Shown here: in pieces, positions 28,438 through 38,314 of the stretch | Position numbering within the stretch: position 1 is the first letter of the stretch | Layout of the letters: every line of letters starts with the position of its first letter | From: Parcubacteria group bacterium Greene0416_36 | GTDB taxonomy: Bacteria > Patescibacteriota > Patescibacteriia > VMEV01 | DNA: 64,000 nt | Direction: 5' to 3' | Assembly: GCA_007375725.1 (NCBI GenBank) | Contig: VMEV01000003.1 | Coordinates: 50 to 64,049 of the forward strand | Position numbers and translations under genes: made by a program | The notes under the pieces: model-generated | Seen by the model: only the letters and a program-made list of their open reading frames with translations | Told to the model about the DNA's origin: nothing | Database searches by the model: none

Positions 28438-29211
28438 ATGGCTCACATCATTTCGCTCATCAATCAAAAAGGGGGGGTAGGGAAGACGACGACATCGATC
28501 AATCTTGCGGCGGCTCTAGCCATCGAAGGGAAAAAAGTCCTCCTCGTGGATCTCGATCCTCAGGCCAATGCGACATCGGGACTCGGTATTGATTACCGGA
28601 CCGTCGGGGGAGATATTTATTCGCTTCTATTGGGCAAAACCAAGCCCGAGGATTCCGTGTTTCAGACTACGGTCGAGAATTTGTACGTTCTCCCCGCCAC
28701 TCCGGAATTGGCCGGCGCGTCCGTGGATTTGGTCACTCAGGAAAAACGGGAATATCGGCTCGTCGAGCCTCTTGCTCATCTCTCCAATTATTTCGATTAT
28801 ATTCTGATCGACTGCCCGCCGTCTTTAGGACTCCTCACCATCAATGCTCTGACTGGTTCCGGTCAGATTTTGATCCCAGTTCAGGCTGAGTATTATGCTC
28901 TAGAAGGGATCGGTCAACTTTTGTCTACGGTTGGCTTGGTCCAAGAACATCTGGCTCCAAATCTTAAAATTTTAGGCGCGGTGGTGACCATGTATGATCG
29001 CCGCAACAAGCTGGCTCTGCAGGTTGTCAAAGAATTGGATCAGTATTTCCCCTACTATGTTTTTAAATCGTTTATCCCCAGAAATATTCGTCTGACCGAG
29101 GCGCCGAGCCATGGGAAGACGATTTTCGATTATTCTCCCGGATCCTTGGGCGCCATGGCGTACCGCAATTTAGGCGGAGAGATTATCGAGAAGTTGGGGA
29201 AATTAATATAA
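28438..29211 (+). CDS. parA: Chromosome partitioning ATPase ParA/Soj
   Basis: Deviant Walker A KGGVGKTT. Confidence 0.9.
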   Translation: MAHIISLINQKGGVGKTTTSINLAAALAIEGKKVLLVDLDPQANATSGLGIDYRTVGGDIYSLLLGKTKPEDSVFQTTVENLYVLPATPELAGASVDLVTQEKREYRLVEPLAHLSNYFDYILIDCPPSLGLLTINALTGSGQILIPVQAEYYALEGIGQLLSTVGLVQEHLAPNLKILGAVVTMYDRRNKLALQVVKELDQYFPYYVFKSFIPRNIRLTEAPSHGKTIFDYSPGSLGAMAYRNLGGEIIEKLGKLI

Positions 29212-29236
29212 TTTTTTTAAGAATTTATCAATTTCT

Positions 29237-30115
29237 ATGTCCAATACCGGTTTAGGTCGCGGGCTGGGGGCCCTCATTCCCCGGCTTCCAAAATTAGAAC
29301 AAATTTCTTCTAGGAATGAACTCCTCAAAAGCGAAGAAGAGTCGGGTGTTCGCGTGGTCGAACTGCCCCTAGATGCGATTGTCCCCAATTCCGCCCAGCC
29401 GCGTACGGTATTTGATGAAGTCTCTTTGGCGGAACTCGCCTCCTCGATCCGTCAGTATGGAGTCTTGAGTCCGATCATTGTTGAGGAAGTGGGTTCTGGC
29501 AAATACGCCATCATTGCCGGCGAGCGCCGCTGGCGAGCCGCACGTCTGGCTGGCCTCGACACCATCCCCGCCATTGTCCGCGAAACCGGGGAGCAGGAGC
29601 GTCTCGAATTGGCTCTGGTTGAAAATATCCAGCGCCGAGATCTCGATGCTATCGAAGAAGCCATGGCCTATGACCGCCTCGGCTCGGAATTCGATCTTAC
29701 CCAAGAAGAAATCGCCGATCGCATGGGCAAAAGCCGCTCCCAGATCGCCAATTTTATTCGCCTTCTCGCTCTCCCCGAGGACATCCGTCGCGCCCTGCAG
29801 GAGGGAATGATCTCCGTGGGCCACGCAAAGGTGATTTTGGGAATGGAAGACGAAGAGTCTCAGCGTAATTTATTCCGCAAAATTTTGGAAAATGAACTCA
29901 GCGTCCGTGATGCCGAAGGCTTGGTGCCCGTCAAATCCACCTTCCGCCGCTCTGAAGGCAACCCGGCCGACCCCCGCTGGTCTGATTGGGAGCAGACCCT
30001 CTCCGAAGAACTCTCCGCCCGCGTCCTCATCTGCCGAAAAGGCAAATGCAATGAAATTCGAATCCAATGCGAACCGGAGGAACTCGAGGAGATTGTGGAG
30101 AAATTGAAGGAGTAA
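29237..30115 (+). CDS. parB: Chromosome partitioning protein ParB/Spo0J
   Basis: ParB box GERRWRAA, HTH region. Confidence 0.9.
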   Translation: MSNTGLGRGLGALIPRLPKLEQISSRNELLKSEEESGVRVVELPLDAIVPNSAQPRTVFDEVSLAELASSIRQYGVLSPIIVEEVGSGKYAIIAGERRWRAARLAGLDTIPAIVRETGEQERLELALVENIQRRDLDAIEEAMAYDRLGSEFDLTQEEIADRMGKSRSQIANFIRLLALPEDIRRALQEGMISVGHAKVILGMEDEESQRNLFRKILENELSVRDAEGLVPVKSTFRRSEGNPADPRWSDWEQTLSEELSARVLICRKGKCNEIRIQCEPEELEEIVEKLKE

Positions 30116-30121
30116 CGTGTT

Positions 30122-30177
30122 GGAAACGCAAAAATGTAGGGGCACAGCGCGCTGTGCCCCTACATTTTTGCGTTTCC
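30122..30177 (+). terminator. GC-rich palindrome family copy 2 acting as parAB terminator (GGAAACGCAAAAATGTAGGGGCACAGCGCGCTGTGCCCCTACATTTTTGCGTTTCC)
   Basis: 56-nt perfect palindrome with T-run on 3' side, 7 nt after parB stop. Confidence 0.6.
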
Positions 30178-30316
30178 CCCTTGACAAAATTCCCATTTTC
30201 GCCTATCCTATCCGTATTCTCTTCCCTGCGCTTGATATGGAGCATAATAGTTTGAAAAGGGAAGAGAGTTGCTGATTCGTGTTTTTTGATATTTTTTCTT
30301 TTGAAAGGGCTATCAG

Positions 30317-31483
30317 ATGCAGAATATTGTAAATTTGATAACTGCGTTTAAGGGGACATTGTCCCTGTTAGTTTGTCTTGTCATGCTTCTATTAGTACTC
30401 AAACGCATATTTGCGTTTGGGAAATGTCTTCCCCCTCAACAACTTACTGTGACTGAAGCGTCACAGGTCTCTCTTAACTGGACTCAACGATTTCGCATCG
30501 TTTTGAGCGGAGCTTCTGGTAAACCTAAAGGAGATTATTATTATGATGCTCAGCAATTGAAAATTGTGAAAGCGGAACTTCTCCTGCTCCAACAAGGAAA
30601 TAATAGAATAGAAGCCAAGTATTCTATTTTGTCTGGTCAGTGGACACAAGAGGTGGCTACTAATCAGGCATTGTCGCAGAAATTGGCAGAATCCAATGAC
30701 GAATTGAAACGTGTGATCGCTCAGTCCGCCATTTCAAAAGTCGCTCGAGAGAAAGAAGCGGGGGATTATGAATTGCTTGTTCTCTCATTGCAAGCTGATC
30801 TTGTTGGTACGTGCAATACCCTTAAGAATGCACAGGATTCTTTGGCCAAAGAGGCAACTGAAGTTACTCGCTTGAAGGAAGAGATCGTAGGCTGGAATAA
30901 AACGGTTGAAGGTCTCAATAATGAGTGTCGAAAATTGTCAGAACAAAATAAAGCCTTGGAAGTTCATCTCAAAAGCGCTGAATGTCATATAGAAGTTCGT
31001 GACGCAAAGATCGTGGAGATAAGGAAGGTTTTTCAGAAACAGGCTAACCTGTACTTTCAAGAGTATACCTATCAATTTCCGCATGACATAGGTCATGAGA
31101 TTCTTGAGGTATCTGGAGAAACCTCTGAAACACTTTATGATATTGAAGAGGCTCCAAAGGGTCAAAGCGTGTTGCAGAAACCACAGGAATGCAAGATATT
31201 CAAGCCCCTAACTAGAGAAGAGTGGGATAATCCTTTTCCTAGTGACATACATCCAGAGTGTACAATGGTTCGAGAGGCTTTTGAGAAAGATCAGAAGGAG
31301 CATGCTAGAAAATTTCTGGCTCAGCAGTTGCAGAATTCTAATTCTCATATTGCGAAACTCCACGGACAGGAAGGTCCAATCGAGCGACAGGGAGAGGGTG
31401 AAGATTCTGAGCCCGTGTTGGTAGAGGAAGTAACCACGGAGACAATCGTAGATATCGATCTACCAGATCGTCAAGAAGGCTAA
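30317..31483 (+). CDS. Membrane-anchored coiled-coil protein (hypothetical)
   Basis: N-terminal TM helix (LSLLVCLVMLLLVL) then long heptad-like region rich in E/K/Q/L. Confidence 0.5.
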   Translation: MQNIVNLITAFKGTLSLLVCLVMLLLVLKRIFAFGKCLPPQQLTVTEASQVSLNWTQRFRIVLSGASGKPKGDYYYDAQQLKIVKAELLLLQQGNNRIEAKYSILSGQWTQEVATNQALSQKLAESNDELKRVIAQSAISKVAREKEAGDYELLVLSLQADLVGTCNTLKNAQDSLAKEATEVTRLKEEIVGWNKTVEGLNNECRKLSEQNKALEVHLKSAECHIEVRDAKIVEIRKVFQKQANLYFQEYTYQFPHDIGHEILEVSGETSETLYDIEEAPKGQSVLQKPQECKIFKPLTREEWDNPFPSDIHPECTMVREAFEKDQKEHARKFLAQQLQNSNSHIAKLHGQEGPIERQGEGEDSEPVLVEEVTTETIVDIDLPDRQEG

Positions 31484-31577
31484 AAGTTTCGAAACAATAT
31501 TTTTTTAGAAACCATTTTTGCAAAAGAGGCACTCTTAACCAAGAGCGCCTCTTTTTTCGCTTGTCGCGTGTTGGCTG

Positions 31578-31619
31578 TTGTCCCTCCCTTGTCAAAGGGA
31601 GGTTAGGAGGGATTTGTTG
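31578..31619. repeat. Half-copy (single arm) of the palindromic repeat; overlaps topA stop
   Basis: Read directly: CCCTCCC-TTGTCAAA-GGGAGG..GGGATTTGTTG. Confidence 0.6.
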
Positions 31620-33822
31620 CTTCATAATCACACTCCTTACTCGAACACTTATTCTTGCCTTTACCCGCCAAAATGATCAAGGATGAGCACTTTGGACACT
31701 TCTCGCCCGTGGGTTTGTTCCAGAGGGAGAAGTCGCAGGCCGGGTATTTATTGCAGGAATAGAAAATCTTGCCGGTTTTGGTGCGTTTTTCGGCGATTTC
31801 TCCCAATCCGCATTTGGGGCAGGCAATGCCGGTGGTGATGGACATGATATTCTTGCATTCGGGGTAAGCCGAGCAGGCCAGGAATTTGCCGTATCGTCCC
31901 ATTTTTACAGCCATGGGAGCTCCGCACTTGTCGCAGATTTTGTCGGTTTTTTCCATTGGGGGCCGGCCGGATTCTTCGGAGCTGAGTTCGGCCGTGGTTT
32001 TGCATTCGGGGTAATTGGAACAGGCTAGAAATTTGCCAAACTTGCCGATTTTTTTGATCATGGGGGAGCCGCATTTGGGGCAGACTTTGTCGGTCGCTTC
32101 CTCGGTCAATTCTTTTTTGGAAACGGTTTTGTCTTTTTGCACAAGATTTTGTTTAAAAGGCTGGTAAAAATCATTGATCAGCGGCTGCCAGGATTTTTTG
32201 TCCTCAGCGATCATATCCAGATCTTCTTCCATCTTAGCCGTGAATTCAATGTCCACGATATTGGGGAAGTGCTGGACCAAGACTTTATTGACCAGCTCGC
32301 CGGTCTCGGTAGGCGCGAATTTTTTGTCCTCGTTTTTGATCACGTACCCGCGCGCCTGGATGGTATCGATGGTGGGCGCGTAAGTGGAAGGGCGGCCAAT
32401 GCCGTGTTCTTCGAGTATTTTGATGAGAGTGGCTTCCGAATATCGTGCCGGAGGTTCAGTGAAATGCTGTAGCGGCTCGATTTTATTGGCGGATAATTTA
32501 TCGCCTTCCTCCAGCTCGGGAAGAATTGATTCCTTGGTCATGGTCTTGTAGATTTTCAGGAACCCGTCGAATCGGAGGATCACGCCATTGGCCCGGAATG
32601 AGTATACTCCCGCGCTGATATCCACCGCGGTTTGAGCGAGCACGGCGTCGGTCATTTGTGTGGCCACGGTCCTACGCCAAATCAGGTTGTAGAGCTTATA
32701 TTGGCGCGGTTCGAGCTGATCCTTGATGGATTCGGGCGTGCGTTCCACCGAGGTCGGGCGTATGGCCTCATGCGCTTCCTGGGCGGATTTGGATTTGGTC
32801 GTGTAGGTGAGAGCCTCGCTGGGCAGGTACTTGTCGCCCAGTTCACTCTTGATGTAGCTTCTCGACTGATCAATGATCTCGCGGGAGAGATTCACGGAAT
32901 CGGTTCTCATGTAGGTGATGAGACCCGTCGGATCGCCTTTGTCCAATTTAATACCCTCATAGAGCTGTTGGGCCAGTTTCATGGTTTGTTTGCTGGAGAA
33001 TCCCATTTTTTTGGAGGCTTCCTGTTGGAGGGTGCTGGTGGTGAAAGGGGGGAGGGGGTGTTTCTTCGTCTCTTTTTTCTCAATTTTCAAAATGGAATGA
33101 GGTTTATTTTTTACTTCCGCCAATATTGCTTCCGCGTCTTTGGCCGTGGCAATAGCGAATTTATCCAGTTTGTTGCCGTTTTTGGCATGGAGCAAGGCGG
33201 GGAAGGCCGACTCGTCCGTGGCTCCTATTTTTTTGAATAATCCTTCGACGGTCCAATATTCCTGGGGCAGGAATTTGCGTATCTCTTCCTCGCGCTCGCA
33301 TACCAGGCGAACCGCGACGGACTGCACGCGTCCTGCGGAGAGTCCGAAACGGATTTTTTTCCAGAGAAAGGGAGAGAGTTCGTAGCCCACCAAACGGTCG
33401 AGAACGCGCCGTGCCTGCTGGGCATCGACGAGGTGTGGATAAATGACGCGCGGGGTTTTGAGGGCCTCTTCTATGGCTTTTTTGGTGATTTCATGGAAAA
33501 CAATGCGTTTGGTTTTCGCGGGATCGAGGCCCAAGGCTTGGGACAGGTGCCAGGCTATCGCCTCACCTTCGCGGTCTTCGTCCGTTGCCAGAATCACCTC
33601 GCCCGAATTGGCGGTGAGCTCTTTGAGTTCGGCGAGCGTCGCCCGTGCCTTTTCGGGCACTTCGTACTGCGGCAGGAACCCGTGTTCGATGTCGATTCCC
33701 ATCTTGCTTTTGGGCAAATCGCGGATATGTCCCTTGGATGACCGCACGGTATAAGCCTTTGGCAGGAATTTGGAAATAGTTTTGGCCTTTGTCGGCGACT
33801 CCACGATAATAAGTGTTTTCAT
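31603..33822 (-). CDS. topA: DNA topoisomerase I with C-terminal zinc-ribbon repeats
   Basis: TOPRIM N-term (MKTLIIVESPTKAKTI), C-x-x-C zinc ribbons (CPKCGSP, CDKCGAP, CPKCGLG, CPKCS); start set at ATG 33822 (ORF-track 5' extension looks spurious). Confidence 0.9.
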   Translation of the reverse strand: MKTLIIVESPTKAKTISKFLPKAYTVRSSKGHIRDLPKSKMGIDIEHGFLPQYEVPEKARATLAELKELTANSGEVILATDEDREGEAIAWHLSQALGLDPAKTKRIVFHEITKKAIEEALKTPRVIYPHLVDAQQARRVLDRLVGYELSPFLWKKIRFGLSAGRVQSVAVRLVCEREEEIRKFLPQEYWTVEGLFKKIGATDESAFPALLHAKNGNKLDKFAIATAKDAEAILAEVKNKPHSILKIEKKETKKHPLPPFTTSTLQQEASKKMGFSSKQTMKLAQQLYEGIKLDKGDPTGLITYMRTDSVNLSREIIDQSRSYIKSELGDKYLPSEALTYTTKSKSAQEAHEAIRPTSVERTPESIKDQLEPRQYKLYNLIWRRTVATQMTDAVLAQTAVDISAGVYSFRANGVILRFDGFLKIYKTMTKESILPELEEGDKLSANKIEPLQHFTEPPARYSEATLIKILEEHGIGRPSTYAPTIDTIQARGYVIKNEDKKFAPTETGELVNKVLVQHFPNIVDIEFTAKMEEDLDMIAEDKKSWQPLINDFYQPFKQNLVQKDKTVSKKELTEEATDKVCPKCGSPMIKKIGKFGKFLACSNYPECKTTAELSSEESGRPPMEKTDKICDKCGAPMAVKMGRYGKFLACSAYPECKNIMSITTGIACPKCGLGEIAEKRTKTGKIFYSCNKYPACDFSLWNKPTGEKCPKCSSLIILAGKGKNKCSSKECDYEATNPS

Positions 33823-33927
33823 AATGCAATGATATTTTGTTGGAATAGTCTCAAAATTTAATATATAGACAAAGTGATTACTTGTCACTCGATGCGTGAT
33901 GTGGATTACGAAAATCAGCGCACTCAA

Positions 33928-34014
33928 CAACAAATCCCCCTCAGTCCCCCTTTGACAAGGGGGAGGCTGTTACCCCCTCCCTTGTCAAAGGGAGGGTTGG
34001 GGAGGGATTTGTTG
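33928..34014. repeat. Composite palindromic repeat, copy G (inverted orientation)
   Basis: Read directly; upstream of topA. Confidence 0.8.
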
Positions 34015-34143
34015 CTTTCAAAGTCGGCCAATTATGTTTTTTATTCCAGAATTTGTCAAATATGGATTTAAAATCCCGATAAGAATGTTACTTATCGGGG
34101 ACATGAATTTTAGGTGCATTTTGTTTTTTCCAGTTGCGATTTT

Positions 34144-34740
34144 TTAAGATATAAAGACAAAGAAGCAACACGTGAACGATAAAAAAAATCCGAATACTAC
34201 GTCCATGACACAATGCTGTTTGACCGCGACGGTGCTGATAGCAATGAGACTAGCCCAGAGGAAAAATACCATTCCTTTTTTCCAGCATCCCATAAAAAGA
34301 AAGATGAACGCCCCCGCAAAGGAGAGGGATACATGGGATGAAGGACATGCATTCTGCGGGCTGTCCAGTTTTTTCATGGGGAGATACAGATACTGTGTGA
34401 AAAAATCATGACAGTGGCTATGATCCCAATAAAATTTCGTGGGCCAGAAGAGGTAGATGAAAAATGACACGAAGATAATGAGACAATAGCCATAAAATGC
34501 TCGATACATTTGTTCCGGATGATCTGTCCACAGAATTACTAGCGCCAGTTTCAAAAAAAATGATAGATAAACTATCATCATCCAGGGGATGTAAGGTATT
34601 TTATGATCCCAAGAGAGTATCGGGACCTCGACTAAATCAAAGAAGCGGAAATGATTCGTCGGAAAATACGCTACTGAAGTGATTACCCCCAGCAATAGTA
34701 CAAAGAAAATTTTCTTGCGAAAGAACCGCGGTTTTGACAT
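34144..34740 (-). CDS. PAP2-superfamily membrane phosphatase-like protein
   Basis: PSSH (PSGH-type) motif and downstream H...D (KQHCVMDVV) in a polytopic membrane protein. Confidence 0.6.
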   Translation of the reverse strand: MSKPRFFRKKIFFVLLLGVITSVAYFPTNHFRFFDLVEVPILSWDHKIPYIPWMMIVYLSFFLKLALVILWTDHPEQMYRAFYGYCLIIFVSFFIYLFWPTKFYWDHSHCHDFFTQYLYLPMKKLDSPQNACPSSHVSLSFAGAFIFLFMGCWKKGMVFFLWASLIAISTVAVKQHCVMDVVFGFFLSFTCCFFVFIS

Positions 34741-34803
34741 GGCATCCTCCTCAAATAAAGGTGGAATTGTTCCCTATAATGATTCATTATAGGCATAGTT
34801 GCA

Positions 34804-35904
34804 TTAGGAAATCCAATATCGTCCTCCTCTGCTGATAATTGTTTTTCTCATCTCCATTTTCGTGATGATTCCCAAGAGCTCGCCATACGGAATACTGCTG
34901 GAGATGAGGAGTTCATCCAGAGTAGGGGAATCGTGGAGGAGGGAGAGTATTTTTTTCTCTTCGGCGGATAATTCGATCGGGATCGCGAGAGGGAGACTTG
35001 ATTGAGCACCGGGAGAAGTCTTTTCTAGCGTGAAGAGTTCATTCAAATCCTCGAGAGACGCGATCACTGCGGCTCCACTAGCCAGGAGCCGGTTGGTTCC
35101 CGCGGACTGGGGGCGGGTGATGTCTCCGGGGACCGCGTAGACATTGCGATTCTGTTCGAGGGCGAATCGGGCGGTGATGAGGGCTCCGGAATCTTTGGGG
35201 GCCTCGACGATGATGGTATCGGCTGCGAGTCCGGAAATGATCCGATTTCTCCGTACAAAATTGGCGGGATGCATGCTCGAGAGCGGGGGATACTCAGACA
35301 AGAGCAGTCCTTTCTCAGCGATTTGTCGTGCTAATCCTTGGTTCTTGGCGGGGGATATCTCTCGCTCCACGAGCGGATTGCCCAAGACCGCTATGGTCCG
35401 GCCCCCATGCTCCATTGCTTTTTGGTGGGCCACGGTATCGATCCCTGTGGCGAGGCCGCTGACAATAGAAACCTCTTTTTTGGCGAGATATTCGGCAATC
35501 AAGCCCGCCATTTTCTCTCCATAGGGTGACGGTTTGCGAGTCCCCACTATGGCCGCGCGCTTTCCTTGAGAAGCGAGAGTGATATCTCCTTTATAAAAAA
35601 GGAGAGCTGGGGGAGAGGGAATTTCTGTCAAAATCTGTGGATAACTTTTATCCTGAATCGAGGTGATTTGGATTCGGGATTCGTCTAGTGCTTTAAATAG
35701 GGGCTTTGGGTCCAGTTTCATTTTTTGGATCTCATAATTTTCCAGGCATTTTCTGGGGAGATTGAGGGGCACGAGTTCTTTTCCTGCCGCTTCCCACGCG
35801 GTTTTCCCATCCGGAAAATGGCGCATGATTTTGGCCGTGGCGGCTGGGCCAAATCCGTCCAGAAAATAAAAAAGCGCCCAATAATACGAAGGTGGATACT
35901 CCAT
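34804..35904 (-). CDS. dprA: DNA processing protein DprA (Smf)
   Basis: Rossmann-like DprA core (GTRKPSPYG...SGLATGIDTVAHQ...GNPL). Confidence 0.85.
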   Translation of the reverse strand: MEYPPSYYWALFYFLDGFGPAATAKIMRHFPDGKTAWEAAGKELVPLNLPRKCLENYEIQKMKLDPKPLFKALDESRIQITSIQDKSYPQILTEIPSPPALLFYKGDITLASQGKRAAIVGTRKPSPYGEKMAGLIAEYLAKKEVSIVSGLATGIDTVAHQKAMEHGGRTIAVLGNPLVEREISPAKNQGLARQIAEKGLLLSEYPPLSSMHPANFVRRNRIISGLAADTIIVEAPKDSGALITARFALEQNRNVYAVPGDITRPQSAGTNRLLASGAAVIASLEDLNELFTLEKTSPGAQSSLPLAIPIELSAEEKKILSLLHDSPTLDELLISSSIPYGELLGIITKMEMRKTIISRGGRYWIS

Positions 35905-35973
35905 AATGATATTGGCGCACAGGTGCTTTATTTCTTAGACAGATTATAGAAAGGAGAGTTTTAATTCAAGGGG

Positions 35974-36021
35974 GCATAAATATGTAGGGGCACAGCGCGC
36001 TGTGCCCCTACATATTTATGC
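35974..36021. repeat. GC-rich palindrome family copy 3 (GCATAAATATGTAGGGGCACAGCGCGCTGTGCCCCTACATATTTATGC) with T-rich 3' flank on + strand
   Basis: Read directly. Confidence 0.6.
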
Positions 36022-36298
36022 GTTTGACTTTTTTTCCCCGGAGATTTAAGATAACAAGATCCAGAAAAAATTATTTGTGACCGGTCTTGTTCTACTATTC
36101 AGATACGCCGTTGGATTTCCCTCCTAAACCAAGTTGCGCATCTGAGGTAGAACAAGTCTGGCCACATTTCTTTTAGTGAAATCAGTTCTGCCTGCTGTTT
36201 GAGGGTCAGATTCCCTCCTAACTGCACTCTCTCGGCGGCAGAACCGATTTCGCTAAACAAAAAAACTGCGGAATTATCCGGAGGTTTTTTGTTTTGAG

Positions 36299-36385
36299 CA
36301 ACAAATCCCTCCTCAACCCTCCCTTTGACAAGGGAGGGGGTAGCAGCCTCCCCCTTGTCAAAGGGGGATTGAGGGGGATTTCTTG
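36299..36385. repeat. Composite palindromic repeat, copy H; overlaps pth stop codon
   Basis: Read directly. Confidence 0.8.
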
Positions 36386-36930
36386 TTAAACCTATTCATC
36401 GTCCCCTCCAGCCCCTTTTCCAACAGATGCACCACCGAATCATGGCATTTCTTAACAATATCTGGCAGTTTTTTTTCCTCTTCCGCCGAGAAATTATCCA
36501 GCACAAATGAAAGTGCTTTATGGGTATTGGCTTCGGGCCGTATGCCCACTTTGAGCTGAGTCATCTCTTTACTTCCCAGAAGATCGATGATCGACTGCAT
36601 GCCTTTTTGTCCGCCAGAGCCGGAAGCGCTCACCCATTTGATCTGTCCAAAAGCCAGATCCGCGTCATCTCGGACCACTACCAATTGGGGGATCGGGATT
36701 TTGTAGAAGCTAAGCGAGGCGGCAATGGATTTGCCGGAATCATTCATGTAGGTATGAGGTTTGAGAAAAACATGTGTTTCTTGGCCGAGTGACAGAGAGG
36801 CTATTTCTCCATGGAATTCATTTTTGTTTTCCCAGTCCAAGGAAAACAAATCCAATACCCGCCAAGCGATATTATGACGAGTAAAAGCATATTTTGGGCC
36901 GGGGTTCCCCAGTCCCGCCACAAGATATTT
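36358..36930 (-). CDS. pth: Peptidyl-tRNA hydrolase
   Basis: MKYLVAGLGNPGPKY N-terminus, catalytic His region; start set at MKYLV (ORF-track start 36951 overlaps der). Confidence 0.85.
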   Translation of the reverse strand, partial: KYLVAGLGNPGPKYAFTRHNIAWRVLDLFSLDWENKNEFHGEIASLSLGQETHVFLKPHTYMNDSGKSIAASLSFYKIPIPQLVVVRDDADLAFGQIKWVSASGSGGQKGMQSIIDLLGSKEMTQLKVGIRPEANTHKALSFVLDNFSAEEEKKLPDIVKKCHDSVVHLLEKGLEGTMNRFNKKSPSIPL

Positions 36931-36940
36931 CATAGTTGGT

Positions 36941-38311
36941 TTATTGTTCAATGTTTTTAAAATCGAGCAGCAAAGGAGTGCCGAAGAATTCGTTTTCTTC
37001 GCGGATTTTCTTCATGATGATATTATTGATGGCTTTGGGGATTTCTTCTTTTTTGTCCGTGGTGAGTTCGAAGGTCGGGGGATTGGTTTGGGTCTGCCGG
37101 ATGCCGTAGATATAGGGGATTAGAGAATCTTTTTTGCGGATACCGTGTTTGGCTTTGATTCTGCCGACAATATCGTCCAGTATTTCTTGCGGCACAGTTC
37201 GGTTGCGTTCGCTATGGATTCGCAGAGCCATGTCCATGATTTGATCCACTTTTTCTCCGGACTGTGCGGATAAGAAGATCACCGGAGCCCACGGGATCGA
37301 GTCAAAATAACTGCGGATTATTTTCATATAATCATTGACCGTGTCGAGCGTTTTGTCTGGAATTTTGTCCCATTTGTTTACCAAGATGACAACCGAATTA
37401 TAAAGGGTGCGGTATTGTCCCAATATTTTTTGATCTTGATGGTCGATGGGAAGTGAAGCATCGATCATGAAAAATACAATTTCAGCACGCTCAACGGTAT
37501 CGAGCGTTTTGATAACGCTTTGTTTTTCAATAGAATCGCCTTTGTATTTATATTTTCTGCGTATTCCGGCAGTATCCAAAATTTTTATCGTTTTTCCGCT
37601 GTAGCTCACCAAAGTATCTTGGGGTTCGCGGGTGGTGTGTGGGATCTCGCTGACTATAACTCTCGAATACCCCAAAAGAGAATTGAGTAGAGTCGATTTT
37701 CCAACATTGGGTTTGCCGAGAATGGCGATGGTAAAATCCGGTTTGGGCAGTACCGAGTGTTTTTGTCCCAACTTGGATAAAATTTCGACCAGATCTGAGA
37801 GCATTTCTGCGCTTCCGGTTCCATTTCGGGCGGATACGGCAAAGGTGTGGTTTCCTCCCAGACTATAAAAACTAGCCAATTCTTTTTTCTTTTTCGGGCT
37901 GTCCGCTTTATTGGCCACGATGAGGAAGGGCTTTCCAAGGCGGCGCAGTTTTTTGACTATTTCATAATCTTCAGGAACCGGGCCGGTGTCAATATCCACT
38001 ACAAATATAAAAACGTCGGTTTTTTTGAAAACCACTTCGATTTGTTTTTGTACATTTTCTTCGATCTCATTTTTATCGGCAAATTTGAGATTTCGTATGC
38101 CGGCGGTATCCACCAGCTGAAATTGATACTGGTCCCAATGGCAGACGTCCACATTGGGATCTCGGGTAGTTCCTGGAATCGGAGAGACTATGGCCTTATC
38201 TTTTTCGACGAGACGGTTAAAAAGCGTGGATTTCCCCACATTAGTGCGGCCAATGATGGAAACTTGGTAGAGATCGTGTTTGAGTTCGATGGGGCGTTTT
38301 AGGGAGTCCAT
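36941..38311 (-). CDS. der: Ribosome-biogenesis GTPase Der (EngA), two tandem GTPase domains + KH-like C-term
   Basis: Two P-loops (GRTNVGKST, GKPNVGKST) with DTAG motifs. Confidence 0.9.
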   Translation of the reverse strand: MDSLKRPIELKHDLYQVSIIGRTNVGKSTLFNRLVEKDKAIVSPIPGTTRDPNVDVCHWDQYQFQLVDTAGIRNLKFADKNEIEENVQKQIEVVFKKTDVFIFVVDIDTGPVPEDYEIVKKLRRLGKPFLIVANKADSPKKKKELASFYSLGGNHTFAVSARNGTGSAEMLSDLVEILSKLGQKHSVLPKPDFTIAILGKPNVGKSTLLNSLLGYSRVIVSEIPHTTREPQDTLVSYSGKTIKILDTAGIRRKYKYKGDSIEKQSVIKTLDTVERAEIVFFMIDASLPIDHQDQKILGQYRTLYNSVVILVNKWDKIPDKTLDTVNDYMKIIRSYFDSIPWAPVIFLSAQSGEKVDQIMDMALRIHSERNRTVPQEILDDIVGRIKAKHGIRKKDSLIPYIYGIRQTQTNPPTFELTTDKKEEIPKAINNIIMKKIREENEFFGTPLLLDFKNIEQ

Positions 38312-38314
38312 AAA

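Noticed and set aside
32137-33741. Several 80-200-aa plus-strand ORFs opposite topA
   Set aside because: All lie inside topA on the other strand and have no start signals or recognisable motifs.
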